Below, one piece after another: positions 48,502 through 52,881 of a stretch of 52,881 nt of DNA. The notes below the pieces were generated by a model. The model was not told the DNA's origin. It ran no database searches and saw only the letters and a list, made by a program, of their open reading frames with translations. Within the stretch, counting starts at the first letter, position 1, and the number at the start of each line of letters is the position of its first letter. Origin of the DNA: Gammaproteobacteria bacterium (lineage in GTDB: Bacteria > Pseudomonadota > Gammaproteobacteria > GCA-002705445 > GCA-002716945). Where the stretch lies: NCBI GenBank assembly GCA_030835925.1, contig JAURQW010000017.1, forward strand, positions 1 through 52,881, in the 5' to 3' direction. Position numbers and translations under genes: made by a program.

Positions 48502-49892
48502 TACTTGAAACCGATTTTTTTAAGACGTTTTATAATAGCTGCTGATTCCCTTTTTACAGATTGCGGTGCTGTTTCACCAACTCCATTTCTAGACTTTATT
48601 GATGTTAGAGGATCAAGAACTTTGTGTATATCAGTTTCTATTAAGTCTGAAAAGCTTCTTAAATCCTTTAATGAAAGGTCTTTCAGCTGGATAGATTTCT
48701 TCTCACAAAACTTAACAATGTCTCCTACAACATGGTGCGATGTTCTAAAAGGCATGCCTTTTTTTGATAAGTATTCCGCTAAATCTGTAGCAGTAGAAAA
48801 AGAGCTTGATGCTATTGAAGTTGCATTATCTTTGTTAAGTGACATAGTAGATAACATTTTTGGCATTAAGCTCAAACAACTCATTGTGGTATCAATTGAT
48901 TCAAACAATATGCTTTTATCTTCCTGCATATCTCTATTATAAGTTAAAGGAAGACCTTTCATTAGTGTTAGGATGCCAACAAGACTACCATATACCCCGC
49001 CTGTCTTGCCTCTAATTAGTTCAGGGACGTCGGGGTTTTTCTTTTGTGGCATGATAGATGACCCTGTACAAAATCCCTCGTCTAATTCTACTAAACCAAA
49101 TTGTGGGTTCATCCACAACACAAGTTCTTCACATATTCTTGATAAATGCATCATGATCATAGAGTTAACATAAGCGAAGTCACATACAAAGTCCCTATCA
49201 CTAACTGCATCCATAGAATTCTTGGTTACTGATTTGAAACCTAGCGCTTTCGCAACCATGGATCTGTTTAGCTTCAGGGATGTCCCAGATAACGCCGCTG
49301 AGCCTAATGGCATAATATTGATAGATTCCCTATTATTTATTAACCGAATTTCATCTCTATGAATCATTTCGCACCAGGCAAGCAAATGATGACCAAATGT
49401 AACAGGTTGTGCCACCTGCATATGTGTGAAACCTGGAAATAATGAATCAGAGTGTTTCATGGCAACATTGGCCAGAACAAATTGTATGTCTCTAAGTTGA
49501 TCTATATACAGATCAATAAAATCTCTTAAATATAAACGCAGGTCTGTTGCAACCAGGTCATTTCTTGACCTCCCAAGATGAATTTTTTTGCCTACATCCC
49601 CAATGATTGATACCAATGCATTTTCGATGTTCATGTGTACATCTTCAAAATCAACAGACCACTTAAGTTTGCCATTTTCAGCTAGTGTAAGAACCTTTTT
49701 TAAACCATTGGTAATTTTCTTCTTTTCTGAAGATGTAATATGTCCACAACTCTCGAGCATGTCCACATGAGCTATTGTTACGTTGATGTCCGAACTGAAT
49801 AGCACGATATCTATATTAAGACTTTGGCTGAATTCAAGAACATCTGCATCCATTTGTTTAGTGAATCTACTAGACCAAGTTACATTTTTCAT
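48501..49892 (-). CDS. argH: Argininosuccinate lyase
   Basis: 463 aa. Fumarate-lyase signature GSSIMPQKKNPD, plus TSSEKK, GRSRNDLVATDLRLY and HMQVAQPVTFGHH. Confidence 0.95.
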   Translation of the reverse strand: MKNVTWSSRFTKQMDADVLEFSQSLNIDIVLFSSDINVTIAHVDMLESCGHITSSEKKKITNGLKKVLTLAENGKLKWSVDFEDVHMNIENALVSIIGDVGKKIHLGRSRNDLVATDLRLYLRDFIDLYIDQLRDIQFVLANVAMKHSDSLFPGFTHMQVAQPVTFGHHLLAWCEMIHRDEIRLINNRESINIMPLGSAALSGTSLKLNRSMVAKALGFKSVTKNSMDAVSDRDFVCDFAYVNSMIMMHLSRICEELVLWMNPQFGLVELDEGFCTGSSIMPQKKNPDVPELIRGKTGGVYGSLVGILTLMKGLPLTYNRDMQEDKSILFESIDTTMSCLSLMPKMLSTMSLNKDNATSIASSSFSTATDLAEYLSKKGMPFRTSHHVVGDIVKFCEKKSIQLKDLSLKDLRSFSDLIETDIHKVLDPLTSIKSRNGVGETAPQSVKRESAAIIKRLKKIGFK

Positions 49893-49963
49893 TATATTTG
49901 TTATTTTTTAATTACATTGTTTATAAGTAAGTATAGTATAAATAAAAACAAAAAATTATAAAT

Positions 49964-50869
49964 ATGAAAAATATAATTAAACTTGCAACAAGAAATAGCC
50001 CGCTGGCGTTAAAACAGGCGGATATGGTTAAACAGCTTATGTCTAAGAACTTTGACATTAAGATTATACCGATGACATCATCTGGTGACACGGTTTCACA
50101 AAAGGCTTTTAAGCAACATGGTGGCAAAGGCCTGTTTCTTAAAGAGTTAGAAGAGTCTTTACTGAGCAAAAAATGTGATATTGCCGTTCATTCACTAAAA
50201 GATGTTCCAGCAGCATTAAACAAGAAATTCAAAATTGTATCAATTTCTAAAAGGGAAGACAGCGCAGATGCTCTGGTCTCTGAAAACTATAATTGCATAG
50301 AAGAATTGCCAAAGAATGCAGTCATTGGTACTTCTAGTCCTAGAAGAATTTCAATGCTAAAAAAATATTCGAGTGATTTTAAAATTGTTGAAATTAGAGG
50401 TAATATTCAGACTAGACTAAAAAAAATGAAAGATGAGAATATTGATGGACTAATTCTTGCTGCGGCGGGGCTGCTTCGAATGGGTTTAAAGGATAAAATT
50501 AAACAATATCTTCCGCTAGATGATTTTGTTCCGTCAGCTGGACAGGGAATACTGTGCATTGAATATCTGAAATCAAACAACGAAATTGAAAAAATATTAT
50601 CAAAACATACGATTGAAAAAGTCCAAACATGTGCTGATATAGAAAGAAATTTTATAAAAGCCTTAGATGGTGATTGTATGTCTCCAATTGGAGTACACGC
50701 GAGATTCAAGAAAGACAAAATTGAAGTATACGCGTATGTGTCAGATATTGATGGTAGAAATAATATTAAAACTAAATACGAAGACACTTCTGAAGAAGAT
50801 ATAAATGCTGGGCAAAAACTTGCAGATATCTTTATACAACAGGGTGCAAGAAAACTATTAAGCAAATAA
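49964..50869 (+). CDS. hemC: Hydroxymethylbilane synthase (porphobilinogen deaminase)
   Basis: 301 aa. Has LATRNSPLALKQA, GGKGLFLKELE, SPRR, and the cofactor Cys context LDGDCMSPIG. Confidence 0.9.
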   Translation: MKNIIKLATRNSPLALKQADMVKQLMSKNFDIKIIPMTSSGDTVSQKAFKQHGGKGLFLKELEESLLSKKCDIAVHSLKDVPAALNKKFKIVSISKREDSADALVSENYNCIEELPKNAVIGTSSPRRISMLKKYSSDFKIVEIRGNIQTRLKKMKDENIDGLILAAAGLLRMGLKDKIKQYLPLDDFVPSAGQGILCIEYLKSNNEIEKILSKHTIEKVQTCADIERNFIKALDGDCMSPIGVHARFKKDKIEVYAYVSDIDGRNNIKTKYEDTSEEDINAGQKLADIFIQQGARKLLSK

Positions 50870-50870
50870 T

Positions 50871-51599
50871 ATGAAAATAATAGTTACTTCTGAAATGACT
50901 ATATATAATGACCTGATGAAATTATGTCATAACAAAAATATATTGATAGAAAAAAGAATAGCTCTATCCATACAGAAGCTTTCATATGAAAATAAGATTT
51001 ATAAAAACCCTATAACACATGTACAAAATATTATATTTCAAAGTAAGAACGCTGTTAAATATTCTATAGATATACACAAAGATATAGCTAAGAATAGTAA
51101 AGCAAGGATCTATTGTTTAGGCAAATATACTAAATCAGAGTTAAGTAAATTATTCATGAATGAGATTATCCACCCAAGCGAAAACTATTCGAGCGAAAAA
51201 TTAGTAAACATGATAAGTAAAGAAAAAAAAGACAACACTACATATATCATAGTAAAAGGTGTGAGTGGCAGGTGCTATATAAGAGAGCAATTACTTAAAC
51301 TAGGGAAGGTAGTTGATGAACTAAATGTTTATAGGAGAGATGAAATAAATGCATTCATAAGCGAAAATGATTTATCTGATAAAGAAAGTAACTATATTTT
51401 AGTTTCTAGCAAGACTGCTTTAAATGTATTTATCAAGTTCGTCAACAAGTCATCAGCTTACAAAAAGATGATACTAGTAGTGCCAAACAAGCGGGTGATG
51501 GAAGGTGTTCAAAATAATCTCTTTGATGATGTAATGATTATTGCGAATAATAATAATGCGATGACATATGTAGAAAAGATCCAAGAGCATAATGAATAA
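50871..51599 (+). CDS. hemD: Uroporphyrinogen-III synthase
   Basis: 242 aa. Called mainly from position 1 nt after hemC, its length, and the two-lobed HemD-like layout (IIVTS..., ILVSSKTAL). Sequence conservation in this family is weak. Confidence 0.6.
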   Translation: MKIIVTSEMTIYNDLMKLCHNKNILIEKRIALSIQKLSYENKIYKNPITHVQNIIFQSKNAVKYSIDIHKDIAKNSKARIYCLGKYTKSELSKLFMNEIIHPSENYSSEKLVNMISKEKKDNTTYIIVKGVSGRCYIREQLLKLGKVVDELNVYRRDEINAFISENDLSDKESNYILVSSKTALNVFIKFVNKSSAYKKMILVVPNKRVMEGVQNNLFDDVMIIANNNNAMTYVEKIQEHNE

Positions 51600-52455
51600 G
51601 AGTAATTTAATATTAGCTGGTAGTGGATACTTAGGTGAATCAATAATTGCTGAATATAAAATTATCAAGGATACATTTAATATTATAGAGCTTTGTAGAA
51701 GCATAAAAACTCATAAGCCTGGAGTAAAATCAATACAAATTGATTTTGACAATATCACAGATGATATGAAATACATTGAAGGCTCCGTAGTTGTGTACAT
51801 GGCGCCGCCAGATACTGAGAGTTTAAAAGATACGAGGCTAAATAAGTTTTTGAACAAAATCAGTTATTATAGAATAAAAAAATTAATTTATATTAGTACA
51901 AGCGGTGTCTATGGTAATTGTAATGGGCAAATTGTAAATGAAGAAAATCAGATAAACCCATTAACTGATAGAGCCAAGAGAAGGGCAAATGCAGAATCTC
52001 AAATTAAATCATACTGTAAGAGAAATAACATTGGTGGCATTATTTTTAGAGTGCCTGGTATTTATGGGCGTAATAGACTACCAATAAAAAGGGTGATGGA
52101 TCGTGACCCACTAATAAAGATTGAAGAAAGCCGAACAACTAATTTAATACATGTTAGTGATTTAACTAGACTTGTAATAAAAGCATTTGAACTATCAAAT
52201 AAAGAAACTGAAATAATAAATGTGAGCGATGGAAAGGCAATAAAAACTACCAAGTATTATGAAATTATTTATAAAGCATTAAACATAAAGTTGCCAGAGT
52301 ATATAAGCTACGAACAGGCTATGAGTATGTATGACGAAAAAAGAGCGAGCTTTTTAAAAGAATCTAGGGTATTAGATATTACTAAAATGAAGGAATTATT
52401 TCCTGATTGCATCAAATATGAAAAACTTGAAGATGGTATAGAGAAAAGCTTATAA
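51592..52455 (+). CDS. Atypical NAD(P)-binding extended-SDR (epimerase/dehydratase-fold) protein
   Basis: 287 aa. Rossmann motif ILAGSGYLG and YISTSGVYG. Where extended SDRs carry YxxxK, this protein reads RAKRR (my eye alignment to GalE PYGKSK). The start overlaps the hemD stop by 8 nt. Confidence 0.7.
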   Translation: MNKSNLILAGSGYLGESIIAEYKIIKDTFNIIELCRSIKTHKPGVKSIQIDFDNITDDMKYIEGSVVVYMAPPDTESLKDTRLNKFLNKISYYRIKKLIYISTSGVYGNCNGQIVNEENQINPLTDRAKRRANAESQIKSYCKRNNIGGIIFRVPGIYGRNRLPIKRVMDRDPLIKIEESRTTNLIHVSDLTRLVIKAFELSNKETEIINVSDGKAIKTTKYYEIIYKALNIKLPEYISYEQAMSMYDEKRASFLKESRVLDITKMKELFPDCIKYEKLEDGIEKSL

Positions 52456-52881
52456 ACCCAACCATCTTATTAAGGGTTTCCACTCTTCACGATCTTGAGC
52501 GGTAGTGCTCTCTCCCATTTCAAAAACACCAAGACCTGTTCTTGCAGATTTAATATAATTAGTATTATCTCTAAAAGCAGTAACATATTTAAGACCTTTT
52601 TCTTTTACTAGATAACTATCCAGCTCTAGGAAGATGTTAGTATGGGCTCTAGCCCTGTTTGCAACTAATCCTACTTTGATTTTATTTCGAATCACAGGCC
52701 CCATTGAACGAAGTGAAACAAGAAAATCACCAGCTGCCTTCATATCAATTGGTGATGGCATTACTGGTACAACAATCATGTCTGCTTTTTTGATGTATGT
52801 GTCTAGTTTAGACCCATAGACAGCAGCAGGTACATCATAAATCACTACAGTGTTTTTATTTTTTTTGAGTGGCTTTTGAAA
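52450..52881 (-). CDS. ParA/MinD-like P-loop ATPase, C-terminal part (CDS runs off the right edge)
   Basis: The frame stays open to the window end (FQKPLKKNKNTVVIYDVPAAV...). VIYDVPA, ADMIVVPVMPSPIDM and LVANRA are typical of the ParA-family deviant Walker fold. The N-terminal Walker A lies outside the window. Confidence 0.7.
   Translation of the reverse strand, partial: FQKPLKKNKNTVVIYDVPAAVYGSKLDTYIKKADMIVVPVMPSPIDMKAAGDFLVSLRSMGPVIRNKIKVGLVANRARAHTNIFLELDSYLVKEKGLKYVTAFRDNTNYIKSARTGLGVFEMGESTTAQDREEWKPLIRWLGL

Noticed and set aside
48505-50865. Long antisense ORFs 48505-48942 (+), 49921-50169 (-) and 50407-50865 (-).
   Set aside because: They are shadow frames of argH and hemC, or run through the argH/hemC divergent spacer. 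They have no Shine-Dalgarno sequence, no motifs, and a low-complexity composition.
52450-52881. ParA-like ATPase as evidence for a plasmid or partition module.
   Set aside because: The gene is truncated by the window edge and no parB or parS is visible. The neighbours are chromosomal heme genes, and orphan ParA/MinD-like ATPases are common on chromosomes.

Overview
The window is an AT-rich, extremely gene-dense stretch of chromosomal core. By my tally, only about 1.4 kb of 52.9 kb lies between called features. I call 63 CDS (two run off the window edges) and one tRNA.

Local gene orders are classic gammaproteobacterial and Pseudomonas-like:
- tkt-gap
- hisBHAF joined to hisE-tatABC
- def-fmt-trkA-trkH
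- topA-tsaC-hemF
- hemB-aroE
- coaBC-dut-algC-argB
- cysQ-nudE-HAD
- recG-ridA
- lptM-lysA-dapF-xerC
- argH/hemCD

Together with the low GC (hand counts on sampled 60-nt stretches gave about 22-42%) and many start/stop overlaps, this suggests a streamlined marine gammaproteobacterium. That is an inference, not a database result.

I see no rRNA, CRISPR array, transposase, prophage block, or integrase other than the housekeeping xerC. I do not find a convincing multi-gene novel system.

The leads most worth a second look are:
1. Two small genes downstream of argH. One is a signal-peptide two-Cys protein with Rap1a/Tai4-like architecture, start-stop coupled to argH. The other is a well-expressed-looking 118-aa orphan I cannot place.
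2. A formaldehyde-activating-enzyme (Fae) family gene sitting 3 nt upstream of ubiA, with no H4MPT pathway genes nearby.
3. An inverted, tail-overlapping ccmC next to ccmAB, with no ccmD-H.
4. An atypical SDR lacking the YxxxK catalytic pair, coupled to hemCD.
5. The 210-bp tRNA-flanking spacer, which has a near-consensus promoter facing a perfect hairpin.

All protein identities come from motif and family recognition by eye. No searches were run.
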